From: a virus
Taxonomy: Duplodnaviria > Heunggongvirae > Uroviricota > Caudoviricetes
IMG/VR virus record: IMGVR_UViG_3300045988_147305
Direction: 5' to 3' (one strand)
DNA: 64,000 bases
The stretch's first letter is position 1, and the number at the start of each line of letters is the position of its first letter. Position numbers and translations under genes: made by a program. Under the pieces are notes generated by a model that saw only the letters and a program-made list of their open reading frames with translations, did not search any database and had not been told where the DNA came from. This document shows positions 1 to 11,015 of the stretch, one piece after another.

Positions 1-450
1 ATGCAGCCTTGACAGCTTTCGGTGTGGCGGCCAGCACTTCAGACGTGCTGTTAGTGGCACTACTGAGCTGAGTGATGCCTTTCGCTGTCAATGAAGCTGT
101 TGGCACACCAGTAATCTGATTCCAGGGATGTGTATGACTGGATGGTGCCTTTCCGGCTGCTAGATCGTATGCAGCTTTAACCGCTTTTGGCGTTGCAGCT
201 AATGTTTCAGAAGTGCTGTTGGTGTCGCTACTGAGCTGAACTATCCCTTTTTGTGTCGTGGTTGCATCCTGGGCTGTATACTTCCCGTTAGCCAGGTCAT
301 ATGCAGCCTTGACAGCTTTCGGTGTGGCGGCCAGCACTTCAGACGTGCTGTTAGTAGCACTGCTGAGCTGAACTAATCCCTTTTGCGTTGTGCTTGCATC
401 CTGCGCCGTATACTTGCTTTTCGCCAGATCGTAGGCTTTTTTAACTGCCA
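1..450. repeat. Tandem repeats of about 150 bp (3 copies) inside tail fibre gene
   Basis: Positions 1-60 and 301-360 are identical except for one base; 151-300 is a diverged copy. Confidence 0.8.
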
Positions 451-1035
451 GCGAACTTGCAGCGACATCACTTCTGGTACTGGTTACAGAGTCGGAAATT
501 TCAATGCCTATCGTGAGATCGATGCGGTCGGATACATCTATCATTTCCTGAGTAATAGCAGATACGCCAGCAGGGATATTCACCGTACAAACAAGCAGTT
601 CCCCATCTCCTAACTGATATGAATCGGTATAGGTTCTGGCAACAAATTCAGCCGCATGAATATGTGACGCGGTATTAACCTGATAAGAATCTTCTCCAAG
701 GAGGTATCTTCCCTTCAGCACAATTGCATATTTCTTACCTGCGCTAAGTGCAAGAGAAATATCCTTACGCTGCTGAATAGTTACCTGGTAGAATTCACCA
801 ATATTCACTGACGCCGCGCCAGCGGTTTTATCACCATCCACTGAGGTGATTAACAGGTTCATTCCACCGCCAGGCTTAGGCAAGAAACCAGCATAAAATC
901 CCGGGTCAACAATTCCCCTGAATTTTCGGTTTAGAGCGGCTGACAGATATGGTTCGTGGTATTGCACATCAGCCACCAGAGCCAACGACTCGGGTGATGG
1001 GTAAGTAACCGATGTAACAACTGTAACGTCATTCA
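1..1035 (-). CDS. Tail fibre protein S, N-terminal constant part (partial; 3' end lies beyond window start)
   Basis: Minus-strand frame open from ATG at 1033-1035 to the window edge, so absent from the ORF track. Hand translation starts MNDVTVVTSVTYPSPESLALVADVQ and contains repeated TQKG-VQLSS-TNSTSE-LAATPKAVKAAYDLA tail-fibre motifs. Confidence 0.75.
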
Positions 1036-1047
1036 TCAAGCATATCC

Positions 1048-1482
1048 TTATGCTGTAGTCGAGTTTATGGCCATAACTGCGGTATATGTTTTGCCCACAT
1101 ACAGCGAGTCTTCTTGGACACAAATAATGGCGATTGGCTTATTCTCGTTATCCAGAACAACCAGAGTGTTGAATGGGTAGTTTTTCCCTTCCTGCAACTG
1201 ACTTTGATCAAGGTCCATTCGGACAGTAATTATCCCGCCTGAGTAGGTTGGGACGAGGTTGATGGTGCAAAATTGACTGGTCAGTTCTGCCAGATCGAAA
1301 GCCTTTGGCAGTTCTCCAATCTCATAAGTGCCATCTCCTTTCTTAGTAACCAGTGAACTGGTACCGAAAACGGCCTTGCTGATTAAAAATCGAGAGCCTT
1401 TGTTAATGGACGATTCAGCGCGCCGCTGATAGTAATAGTCCAACAACTGACTCTTATAGAGGTTTGTTGAGACGTCAGACAT
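1048..1482 (-). CDS. Tail fibre-associated structural protein (P1 R-like position)
   Basis: 144-aa ORF immediately upstream of the tail fibre gene in the same operon. Confidence 0.55.
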   Translation of the reverse strand: MSDVSTNLYKSQLLDYYYQRRAESSINKGSRFLISKAVFGTSSLVTKKGDGTYEIGELPKAFDLAELTSQFCTINLVPTYSGGIITVRMDLDQSQLQEGKNYPFNTLVVLDNENKPIAIICVQEDSLYVGKTYTAVMAINSTTA

Positions 1483-1560
1483 GATTTTCCCTAATCAATG
1501 TTGTGAAGCCTCATTGTAAGATAAGTAACTTGTCACCCCGCCCTGCGGACGGGGTGATTG

Positions 1561-2400
1561 TCACGCATCGCTATCCAACAGCAAATCATCTGCGCGGGTG
1601 CGATCAAACGTAGGCGTTGCTTTCACAATAGTGCCGCCCGGCGTTGCAGTGATCGGGGCGTTAATCGACGTAACTTCAGTAAGCGAAGTTGTATCCGAAG
1701 TTTCAAACCAGCAGAATGCTTTTTCGGTATCAGAAATCTCATTCAAAGTGATCATGTCGGCCTGTTCATTTACAACAACCGACAAATAGAGCGTAAGCCC
1801 ATCAAACACTATATGCAGTGGCAGTAGAGGCTTTACGAACTGATTAAACTTTCTGAGAATTTCTTCTGTAATTGCGGACTGATCTATCGTTCCAGTAATA
1901 CCCATTGTCCGGGCCAGGTCGTTTATGGGAATACTGATCATTCCTCTGGAAGTCAGAAACATCTCGCCGAATGTGCTGCCGGTGGTTTCCAGTGTGCTTT
2001 CTGGAATCAGGACCGTGCCATAGGGATGACGTTCAAAGTCCACCGGAGCATATATGGGATCCCATAAAACCGATATACCGTTAAATTCGCGATAAATTGT
2101 CTGGTTTATAGGGCGTTCAGTACCCTTAAAATGGATCTCATCAAACCGCTGTTGTAACAACATCGGAACGGAAGATGAATTCGACGTTCTGATAGTAAAA
2201 AACTGGCCAAGTTCATTTGTCCTAGTCTCCAGATCCTCCTTGCTCATGGAGAAAATAGACTTCCGGTTGGTAATTCGCTCCAACCATGGGTCAACAAAGG
2301 TGTCCATCATTGACTGAACCAAATCAGCCAATGATTTATAAAGTAATGACTTTTGCTTAGCTGATGTAAGCCGGTTATTAAACCAGGAACGTTGCATCAC
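1561..2400 (-). CDS. Baseplate protein (P1 gp16-like position)
   Basis: 279-aa ORF, translationally coupled (ATGA-type overlap) with the upstream baseplate gene. Confidence 0.5.
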   Translation of the reverse strand: MMQRSWFNNRLTSAKQKSLLYKSLADLVQSMMDTFVDPWLERITNRKSIFSMSKEDLETRTNELGQFFTIRTSNSSSVPMLLQQRFDEIHFKGTERPINQTIYREFNGISVLWDPIYAPVDFERHPYGTVLIPESTLETTGSTFGEMFLTSRGMISIPINDLARTMGITGTIDQSAITEEILRKFNQFVKPLLPLHIVFDGLTLYLSVVVNEQADMITLNEISDTEKAFCWFETSDTTSLTEVTSINAPITATPGGTIVKATPTFDRTRADDLLLDSDA

Positions 2401-3830
2401 TCCTCCTCATACGAAATATTAAAGGTGGAGTTTTCTGTATCCAGATAAACGAAATCGTAAAAGCCGTTGGACTCATTCCACTCGACAAATTCCAGATAAA
2501 AGTCGCGGAAATAACCCAGCGTTTCGATAAATGCCCAAACGTCTTTTTTCTTGATTAGGATGTACTTGCCGACACGGTTCGGATCAAAGAAAGTTGAGTC
2601 ACGCCCAAATTTTGTTTCCAGTGCCGACTTCAGCTCATCAGTCACGTTCTCAATGGTCAGGCTTGCCGATATCCGCCCAGTGATGGTGATCTTAAAGGGT
2701 AGTTTTCTGACCTCTTTATACGAGAATTTCTTGTTCAACTCATTCGGCACCTTCTTAAAGGCAGCCAGGATCATTTCTTCAAGCTCTGACTGGCTTTTGT
2801 TTGGATGCCATCCTGAAATAAATATCTTATTGATATTCCGAACATTATAAGCACCATCTAATTTCTCTTGCTGGCCTTCGCCCCATGCCTTTACCCAGGA
2901 CAGTCCCGGGATGTTACGCACCAGAAAATACGTATAGTCCCCGCCCCATACGACCTGATCATCATAGGCAAGGTAATATTGTGCACGATTACGTGTGATC
3001 TCCGTTGTTTCGGCATCGGTACCTGCGGTTATGGGTGTCGTTGTCTTAACTGAAATCAAATTAGCTAAATTAGCCGCAGAATCGACAGGAGTCAGGTTTT
3101 GGCCAGCAACCAGGGTTATATCTCCGTTGGTGCACCATACCTTAAGTGTAATGGTCGAGCCTTCTGGCGGTATTTGCCCAATTAGCCCATCACCGAATCG
3201 AACCCCCAACTGCTCGGATGGCTTATAAAACTCAACGTAGACCTGGCTTTTACTACCGGCTAACCGGAACATAGTGCTGGAAGACCACTGCGTGGTCTTA
3301 CCATCGGTCGTCACGAATACTTCCAGCTTATAGCAGACAGCAGTGAGAGCCTTTGATAACACGACTTCCAGAAATTCTTTGGCTGCCGTAACGGTATATG
3401 TCACCTCCTGGATTTCCAACTGTGCCACTTCTACCGTACCGGTGCCGTCAACCAACCTGCATACATCCATAGTCATGTAAGGGTACTGGTCGTCAGATAT
3501 TAAAGGCGTGTTTTTGGGGATTACCGCTGGAGCATCTTCACTTGTGGCTGTGATCTCAACCATCCCGGATGACGGTGTTGGCTTGGTACCAACGTAACTA
3601 TTCGTTTCTGCCGCTGCCAGGATAGAGGAACGCCGCGTCGCGGTCGATATAAAGCCTTCAGCCAGCGCCGCATCGGCATACTGAAAGCACCTGTAGACAA
3701 TCTGGGTAATAAACAATGTCAGCATCGAGACAAATTGAGAGCCGACAAACTTCGACCAGAATGAATCTTTCTCGACAAGCTCTTCAAACTCTGCACGAAT
3801 ACTGTCTTTAGTCGGTGTTGTTTTACTCAT
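2397..3830 (-). CDS. Baseplate J-like protein
   Basis: 477-aa ORF between a GPW-like gene and tail fibre genes, the typical myovirus baseplate order. Confidence 0.55.
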   Translation of the reverse strand: MSKTTPTKDSIRAEFEELVEKDSFWSKFVGSQFVSMLTLFITQIVYRCFQYADAALAEGFISTATRRSSILAAAETNSYVGTKPTPSSGMVEITATSEDAPAVIPKNTPLISDDQYPYMTMDVCRLVDGTGTVEVAQLEIQEVTYTVTAAKEFLEVVLSKALTAVCYKLEVFVTTDGKTTQWSSSTMFRLAGSKSQVYVEFYKPSEQLGVRFGDGLIGQIPPEGSTITLKVWCTNGDITLVAGQNLTPVDSAANLANLISVKTTTPITAGTDAETTEITRNRAQYYLAYDDQVVWGGDYTYFLVRNIPGLSWVKAWGEGQQEKLDGAYNVRNINKIFISGWHPNKSQSELEEMILAAFKKVPNELNKKFSYKEVRKLPFKITITGRISASLTIENVTDELKSALETKFGRDSTFFDPNRVGKYILIKKKDVWAFIETLGYFRDFYLEFVEWNESNGFYDFVYLDTENSTFNISYEEE

Positions 3831-4186
3831 AGCACCACGTCCTGTGTGATAGTTATATCCCTGATACGAATGGATATTTTCAACTTATCAAAAGCATCTC
3901 CCTCGGCTACTGACAAACCAGAAATCGGTATGTCAGGTAAATCTACCGTCAGTTTTTGCAACAGCATTGCCTCAACCGCAATTTGAACATGCGACAAGTT
4001 GGTCGGTTCGTGTTTAAACTGCGGTAAAACATTGCCCCATGACGGATCCCCGTATACCTCACCCTGATAAGTGTTTAGCCACTCATATAAACGAGCGCCC
4101 CAGGCCTCCTCCTGGGACTCATACGTTTTTACGCCGGATAACTCCAGCGTCAGTAAAGGATCAATTTCATTATTGTTGGCCATCAA
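3827..4186 (-). CDS. GPW/gp25-like baseplate wedge protein
   Basis: 119-aa protein of the size and composition of the gp25/GPW family, overlapping stop/start with neighbours. Confidence 0.55.
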   Translation of the reverse strand: MMANNNEIDPLLTLELSGVKTYESQEEAWGARLYEWLNTYQGEVYGDPSWGNVLPQFKHEPTNLSHVQIAVEAMLLQKLTVDLPDIPISGLSVAEGDAFDKLKISIRIRDITITQDVVL

Positions 4187-7100
4187 TCAACTCTCGCGTA
4201 GTCATTCATCAACGGATCATCAATTGACAGTGGCACCGTGCGCATAACGCCCGGTTGAGGCGTGCTGACCTTTACGACAGTTCCCTGGCCTTTCGCCGAG
4301 TCTTTAGTGTGCTCTTCAATCCTGGCAAGCAATGAGGTCATCTGCGCAAACAGCCGCTTCGTTTCACCATCAAGTGAAACGGTATTATCAGCCAACTGCA
4401 TTGTCGGCTTGGCACCGGAGCCGCCAAGGTCACTAATAACCTGTCCGTCTATCTGCATACGACCGGTTGGTTGCTGCAAATCGTTGGCGGCAGTCGTCAC
4501 CAGGGACGTGGAGGCTGGTTCAGGCGCATTATTTTTCCGCATCCCCGGCGAGTTGCGGAGTTTATCGAATAGTCCATCAATCCCCATTTGTGCGCCGAGT
4601 TGGTCAAAGTAACTTGAGTTGCTGGCCACCGGACGCGCCTCTTCAACTGGCATCGGAGTATCAACATACACATTGCCAGCTGCTGTTGCGGTCCCCTTCC
4701 CTCGTGCACGTTCTTCGAGCGTTCCCTGAACGACTTCCCGACGCATACCCCGGCCATTCATGAATTTGTTGACCAGATCGTTAACACCAACAGCATTGCC
4801 AATTTTGTCTACCAGACCGCCTTTCTCAAACGGGCTATCACCAGGGGTAAACGCCAGGCCAGTAGACTGATCGATAACAGCGTTATCAGGCAGCTTTTCG
4901 TGAATTGCTGGTGCGCTATGATCTACCTTAGAGCCATAAACGGCACCATTATTGAGCATCTGCTGATACCCTCTGACACGAGTAACATATTCGCCGGTAC
5001 CGGCGACTACTCTCCCCTTATCAACATGCCCCATACCAGCATGATAGGCAGCTATTGCACGACCCTGATCACCGTTATAACGGTTCATCAGCATACTTAG
5101 GTATCTGGCGGCACCATCAGCTGCTTTTCGTGTATCCATGGCATCAGCATCGCTGAGTCCAAGATCCTCCCTTGTACCTTTAGTGATCTGAAAAGCCCCA
5201 AGGGCAGATGAAAGTTTGTTCCCGTTTTTGTCTACTGGATTTCCAGTTCTCTGGCCTGCACTAGACTCTGCGGATGCAACTGCTGACAGAATCCCTTTTT
5301 CAAGCCCATACTTACGTTCAAGCTCATCAAAATAATCGGCATTGTCAGAAATCCATTGGTATCCGGCAGCATTTAATTTTGGCAAAGAAACATCCTTGCC
5401 ATTGTTAAATCGACGTTTATCTATCTCATATGCACTTAATGCTTCCTCCTTACCTGTAGCAGACTGGCCCAAGGCAGCATCAATTGTTTGTGCTGCTTTA
5501 TTTCCTGTTTCTACGGCATTTGCATTGATAATCTGATTAGCAGTTTCTTTAACTGTTTTATTGCTATCTTTCGCCATATCCAGGGCCGCATTTATCACGC
5601 GAGCAGCAATATTAGTCTGTTTGGCATCGGATTCAGCTTTAGAATCAGATGTCCCCTGCTGGCTATTAACCGGAGCTTTTAACTCTGGAGTGATTTCTTT
5701 CGCATTAGCCTCGCCGATCGGATTGGGTATTTTTGATACAATCATTGCCGCAGGGGTATTTTTAACGGCATCAACCGCTGCATCTAATGCTTTACCTGGT
5801 AAATTTTTAACCCCATCCCAAATATTACTAGCTGCCTCTTTAATGTGTTTCCCTGGGTTCTTAATGAAATCAATTGCACTATCAATTGCATCACTGAAAA
5901 CCTGTTTCAGGTTATCGACAGTAAAGAAGTCTTTGATGGCATCCAGCTTTTCAAGCAGCTTATTAGATGTATCGCTAAACCATGCTGAAACAGCATCACC
6001 AATCTTTGCTGTGTAATCATCGAACTTGGTAGAAATGGTGTCGCCAAGGTTAGAAATATATGTTTCTAAGTTGGTAATCCCACTATCAATGGCCTGGGCA
6101 ATACTTTCCGTCGAAAATGATTGCAACATATTGCCGATATCCTCAAATCCAAGTGATTTGAGAGCCTCACCAATGGCGCTGCTAATACCAGATACCAGTC
6201 CCCCCATATCAAGAACATTAGCTAACGTATAAGCGGCTTTTTGCTGGAATGATGGATCTTGTCCTGATTTAAGCCCAAACGCTCGACGTTGCGTTTCTGT
6301 ATCATTCCAACCGGTTACCGCATCATAAATACCTCCAGCCACTGTGCCGACTAGGGGAATTGCGCGTAACGCCCCTTTACCAACTGCCTTTAATCCAAGT
6401 TTACCTGCTGCCCGGGCAGCCAAATCTCCGCCTTCATGGGCGAGAGTCTTCTTGCCACCACCGCGTAGCATTCCTACAAGTTTCTTTGCCCCCAGAGCGC
6501 CAAAAGCGAGTGCTCCAGCTTTTTTCAGCATGCCACGCCCCATTAACAACGACGCGACGCCACCGGCCCCCTTCCCTAACAGGCTAAATAGTTTGGACAG
6601 CAAGCCGCCCTTCTTTTTCCCGGTGTTTTTGGCTATCTGATCAAGGGCGCTGAGAATCTTGTCATTGCCCTCTTTAATTTCGCTGGTCTGCTCCTGAAGT
6701 TCCTGAACCGTCCGTTTTTGGGTGTTAACCTGAACGACATCGGCACTATTTTGCGATTTACGCCTAAAAAAACCTTTTCTACGGCTGTTATCGTCATTGC
6801 CACGAATCACATCGGCAATAGACTTTCTGGCACCATTAAGCGATCCACCAACTTCTTTTGATATCCCGCCAAGCTCCTTCCCTGCTGCCCACAATGGACC
6901 AGCAACGGCATAACCTAACGCATCGACGGCACGAGTCTCTGAAGGGTTACCTATGCCTTCAGCTACTTTTGACAGTTTTTTTAATAAACCTGATTCAGCA
7001 TTTAGACGCTCATCATCCTCTTTGCGCCTGGCCTTTTCAGCACGTTCAGCACGGGCATCTTCCGCTGCGGCCTTACTCCCTGACTTTCCAATAAAACGAC

Positions 7101-7854
7101 CACGCGCATCGCGTTGGTTTTGGCTTTTTTGCGCACCGCCTTTTTGATCGAACATTTCGCGAGCGTGTTCGGCTGCTTCGGTCCGTTGTGCCTTTATATC
7201 CTCTGATATAGCCTTCCTGCGTCTTTTTTTACCCTTTGGTGTAGTTGATTTGGCCTGCTGTTCCTCTTGAGCAATGCCCTCCTGAACTACACGAGAAACG
7301 TCCCCTAAATTAAGCCGTTTCATTGCGTCAACAATAGGGTCTACTGATGGCGCATTGGCCACAAAGTCTGGCCGGGAATTTTCGATTGTTCGATTTAATG
7401 CCGACACACTGCGAGATACTGGGTCAACCGTTGCAACGCGTTCCCCTTTCAAATCACGAGCGAGTTTGACCGTTTCTAACCGCTGTGCTTTAACATCCTC
7501 TGTTATTGCCTCTCTTCGTCTATTTGGGGGATTGTGCGCTGTTGGTGCAGCCTGCTGTTCACGGTTAGTGACTTTGTCCTCCCGTATACGAGAAACGTCC
7601 CCTAAATTAAGCCGTTTCATTGCGTCAACAATAGAGTCCACTGATGGCACATTGGTCACAAAGTCAGGACGTGAATTTTCGATTGTGCGATTTAATGCCG
7701 ACACACTGCGAGAGACAGGATCAACAGTTGCAACTCGTTCCCCTTTCAAATCTTCAACAGCTTCCCGAATACCTGCAAGCTCTTCCAGCTCTTTCGCGCT
7801 GGCGGTTTCAACTGTCCTTATAACATCGTCAATATTGGCGTTTTTTCTTTCCAT
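4183..7854 (-). CDS. sit: Sit-like structural injection transglycosylase / tape-measure-like protein
   Basis: 1223-aa protein with Gly/Ala-rich and coiled-coil segments and a soluble lytic transglycosylase domain (ASAESS ... AYHAG motifs); N-terminal internal duplication. Confidence 0.85.
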   Translation of the reverse strand: MERKNANIDDVIRTVETASAKELEELAGIREAVEDLKGERVATVDPVSRSVSALNRTIENSRPDFVTNVPSVDSIVDAMKRLNLGDVSRIREDKVTNREQQAAPTAHNPPNRRREAITEDVKAQRLETVKLARDLKGERVATVDPVSRSVSALNRTIENSRPDFVANAPSVDPIVDAMKRLNLGDVSRVVQEGIAQEEQQAKSTTPKGKKRRRKAISEDIKAQRTEAAEHAREMFDQKGGAQKSQNQRDARGRFIGKSGSKAAAEDARAERAEKARRKEDDERLNAESGLLKKLSKVAEGIGNPSETRAVDALGYAVAGPLWAAGKELGGISKEVGGSLNGARKSIADVIRGNDDNSRRKGFFRRKSQNSADVVQVNTQKRTVQELQEQTSEIKEGNDKILSALDQIAKNTGKKKGGLLSKLFSLLGKGAGGVASLLMGRGMLKKAGALAFGALGAKKLVGMLRGGGKKTLAHEGGDLAARAAGKLGLKAVGKGALRAIPLVGTVAGGIYDAVTGWNDTETQRRAFGLKSGQDPSFQQKAAYTLANVLDMGGLVSGISSAIGEALKSLGFEDIGNMLQSFSTESIAQAIDSGITNLETYISNLGDTISTKFDDYTAKIGDAVSAWFSDTSNKLLEKLDAIKDFFTVDNLKQVFSDAIDSAIDFIKNPGKHIKEAASNIWDGVKNLPGKALDAAVDAVKNTPAAMIVSKIPNPIGEANAKEITPELKAPVNSQQGTSDSKAESDAKQTNIAARVINAALDMAKDSNKTVKETANQIINANAVETGNKAAQTIDAALGQSATGKEEALSAYEIDKRRFNNGKDVSLPKLNAAGYQWISDNADYFDELERKYGLEKGILSAVASAESSAGQRTGNPVDKNGNKLSSALGAFQITKGTREDLGLSDADAMDTRKAADGAARYLSMLMNRYNGDQGRAIAAYHAGMGHVDKGRVVAGTGEYVTRVRGYQQMLNNGAVYGSKVDHSAPAIHEKLPDNAVIDQSTGLAFTPGDSPFEKGGLVDKIGNAVGVNDLVNKFMNGRGMRREVVQGTLEERARGKGTATAAGNVYVDTPMPVEEARPVASNSSYFDQLGAQMGIDGLFDKLRNSPGMRKNNAPEPASTSLVTTAANDLQQPTGRMQIDGQVISDLGGSGAKPTMQLADNTVSLDGETKRLFAQMTSLLARIEEHTKDSAKGQGTVVKVSTPQPGVMRTVPLSIDDPLMNDYARVD
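7270..7790. repeat. Tandem duplication of about 300 bp inside sit
   Basis: 7285-7335 matches 7580-7635 and 7361-7480 matches 7661-7770; the protein repeats LKGERVATVDPVSRSVSALNRTIENSRPDFV twice. Confidence 0.8.
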
Positions 7855-7935
7855 GATCTTATCGCCTACCGTTTCGGTTTAAGTTTTTCTTCCAGTTTCT
7901 CCAACAGGAAAAACGCATAGGATTCAGTAAGCCTT

Positions 7936-8817
7936 TCAGCGTCCTGAATCGGTATACCCCCATACAAAACCAGGTTGGACACTAAGGTCTGATAGCTTTT
8001 CAATCCCCACCTGTGGAATGAAGTCGGTAGCCCGAAAGGGCACCCACAGACGGGTATACGCACCCTCTGTGGACTCCTTTGTATCCTGGTTTGGGCATTT
8101 GTGCGGCGGGAGACGAAGACGCATTTCGCCTTTATCGATGTAGCACGGTAAACCATGTTCGAGCTTTTCATGAGCCAGCCGGATGTGTGCCGCCAGCTTC
8201 ATAAATTCAGTATCAATGGCCATCCGTTTGATCGTTTCATAACGACGCTCAGCCTGCTCTTCACGAGTACCGCTAACATCGTTATAAAGTTCACACTGAT
8301 AAGCGAATTCCCAAAAACGCAAATCAACGATCGCTTCTTTGAATTCCGCGTCGTCTTCAGGTGGCAATGCTGCTCGGCGCATCTCCAGCATTTCCATTGC
8401 CCAACCATCAAGCGGCACGATACGCCATTGATAAGGCACGCCCTCTACAGACACCTCAATATCGTCAATGAACGGTTCCACTTCCAGGACCTGGATATCT
8501 TCAGCCAGAGCATTCATATCGCAATCGTAATAATGCTCTTTACCGCAATGTTTACAGGTGTAGGTGAATGTCTCGACCGGTGTTTCACGGGAGCCGGTAA
8601 ATATCCACCATAACGCGGTAATCCGGTCCTGCGCCGTCCATGTCAGGGGATCATGTTTCGCGGGTTCAGCCAGCAAGGCTTTTAAATATGCCGTTGTCTG
8701 TTGTTCTTGTTCCTCCGGTGTTATCGAGTTGAAACGCATCGCATCAGCAATATTTGGCTGACGGAACTGGATCAATTCAGTTGGCCGCGATGGTAGCGGG
8801 AAAAGGGGTAAAAGCAT
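7936..8817 (-). CDS. Putative morphogenetic protein (P1 pmgB-like position)
   Basis: 293-aa ORF in the late operon between the tube-like gene and sit. Confidence 0.45.
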   Translation of the reverse strand: MLLPLFPLPSRPTELIQFRQPNIADAMRFNSITPEEQEQQTTAYLKALLAEPAKHDPLTWTAQDRITALWWIFTGSRETPVETFTYTCKHCGKEHYYDCDMNALAEDIQVLEVEPFIDDIEVSVEGVPYQWRIVPLDGWAMEMLEMRRAALPPEDDAEFKEAIVDLRFWEFAYQCELYNDVSGTREEQAERRYETIKRMAIDTEFMKLAAHIRLAHEKLEHGLPCYIDKGEMRLRLPPHKCPNQDTKESTEGAYTRLWVPFRATDFIPQVGIEKLSDLSVQPGFVWGYTDSGR

Positions 8818-8831
8818 CCTTGCTCCTTAAT

Positions 8832-9443
8832 TCAAAGAGAAAAACTAAAGCCCAGAAGGGAAGCCAAAGAACTTGAGGATTGGTTAAACGTGCTGTGCAA
8901 TGCGAAGGTCATTGGGAATGACTTAAATTCCGTAACCTGATCCCGCGCATAGGTGACATCGCCGGTAGTGACCGGGAATACCGTCATCTCATTTTCCAGT
9001 TTGGTTAAACCGGAGGACAGCAACCGATAAATACGCACATTGAGCAAATATTTAGACGGTATATTCCCGGTACCGTCCGGATTGATCACCCGACTTTTTG
9101 CCGTCTTAAACCAGTCCAAAACGAGGCCATCAACGGTATCCCTGACCATCATTGTTATCTGCCCAGGCGAACGCTCCGTTGGCTGAAGGATATTCCCTCC
9201 GCCGATTTTAATCGTTTCATATTCGATGCTGTAATCGTGGTAGGTAATGTCTTTAGCAAAGAAGTCTGCCCCCTCCAGACCATCAACTTCGACAGAGAAC
9301 TGCCATCCTTGCGCGAACAGCATTTTGTTCATGATGATTGACGTCAGCTTACCAACTTCCCGCTCACCAACGCCGGAGCCAAATAATGTCGTCGTTAATG
9401 CCGAAGATACATAAGACTTTACTGAAGCAACATTAAGCCCCAT
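8832..9443 (-). CDS. Putative tail tube protein (P1 tub-like position)
   Basis: 203-aa ORF (about 22 kDa) in the position of P1 tub; assignment by synteny only. Confidence 0.4.
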   Translation of the reverse strand: MGLNVASVKSYVSSALTTTLFGSGVGEREVGKLTSIIMNKMLFAQGWQFSVEVDGLEGADFFAKDITYHDYSIEYETIKIGGGNILQPTERSPGQITMMVRDTVDGLVLDWFKTAKSRVINPDGTGNIPSKYLLNVRIYRLLSSGLTKLENEMTVFPVTTGDVTYARDQVTEFKSFPMTFALHSTFNQSSSSLASLLGFSFSL

Positions 9444-9453
9444 ATCAGCCCCC

Positions 9454-10044
<591 letters not shown>

Positions 10045-10075
10045 TTAACCGATTCTACGAGTAGTCATTTGTTCA
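10045..10075 (-). promoter_or_regulatory. Candidate Lpa-dependent late promoter
   Basis: Minus-strand sequence AACAAATGACTACTCGTAGAATC about 30 nt upstream of the ATG; almost the same 18-mer recurs at 42614-42640. Confidence 0.45.
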
Positions 10076-10171
10076 TTGAGTAGGAATATTGTTGTCTGGG
10101 GGGTAATCAGTGTAGGTGGAATGAGGGATATGATATGGTTATCACATAATCAGGTTGTTTTGAGTAAAACA

Positions 10172-10201
10172 ATAAAACGCCCTTTAATGGGCGTTTTTTT
10201 A
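10172..10201. terminator. Bidirectional rho-independent terminator
   Basis: Hairpin AACGCCCTTTAATGGGCGTT flanked by A-run and T-run. Confidence 0.6.
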
Positions 10202-10228
10202 AACTTAAATTGACTATCCTTTCAAATA

Positions 10229-11008
10229 CTATTTTAATTCTATGTAATTTTTAAATTCTCCCTCATATTTATACATGATGCTATCAAATCCTTCCATTAC
10301 ATCAACGAATTGTTGTGAACATTCCGGCTTCCAAGGCGTACACTTACGAACCATATCCATTTTTTTCTTATCCTTCGTTGTATCGACTAAGGATAGGTAC
10401 CCTATAAAATTCATCATCTGAACAGGATCTTGATTTGTGAATATATATTTGACGTTTTGCTTAGTAGGCGAAAAAGAATCAAAAGCAGGGAACATATATT
10501 CACCAGAAAAAGAGAGTGCAGCATCAATGACGTCTGTTGCAGGAGTGCAGTTGCTCAGAATTGGCACTAAGCTAAAATTAGCACCGGAGCACACTGCATA
10601 TATATCATCCCCTTTTTTTAGTTTTAACAGAGAGTCTTGCTTTGAATCCAATATTTTCAATTTGATATAATTTAGTGGCGTTGCATTTTCCCCTGGAGTA
10701 AATAATTCTACAATTGGTTTATTATTCACCATTCTTATGGATTTTATTTCACCATACACAATTGGAATTGTGTTCCATTTTTCCTGAGCAGCAAATTCAT
10801 TATCTTTAAAATCATTAACCAACTCAGATGGCAAATGATAACCAAATTGATTGTTCATTGCTTTCGAAGCAAATCCAGACAAATAGAATGCCCTTACTAA
10901 ATCATAATCTTTCTTTGAGGTAGAAAGCCAATCTGGCAATTTATTATCAGCTATCGCGCTTCCAGCAAAAATAGCACAACAAAATGTTATTACATTAAAT
11001 AATTTCAT
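10229..11008 (-). CDS. SimC-like secreted protein (superimmunity locus)
   Basis: Predicted signal peptide MKLFNVITFCCAIFAGSAIA; AT-rich gene between the late operon and the immunity region, where P1 carries simABC. Confidence 0.5.
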   Translation of the reverse strand: MKLFNVITFCCAIFAGSAIADNKLPDWLSTSKKDYDLVRAFYLSGFASKAMNNQFGYHLPSELVNDFKDNEFAAQEKWNTIPIVYGEIKSIRMVNNKPIVELFTPGENATPLNYIKLKILDSKQDSLLKLKKGDDIYAVCSGANFSLVPILSNCTPATDVIDAALSFSGEYMFPAFDSFSPTKQNVKYIFTNQDPVQMMNFIGYLSLVDTTKDKKKMDMVRKCTPWKPECSQQFVDVMEGFDSIMYKYEGEFKNYIELK

Positions 11009-11015
11009 TTTCCAT

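Noticed and set aside
4262-7882. Numerous plus-strand ORFs (for example 5561-6016, 6344-6640, 7355-7882) inside sit
   Set aside because: They run antisense to a long, well-supported gene and have repetitive low-complexity translations; the 7355-7882 ORF simply mirrors the internal sit duplication.
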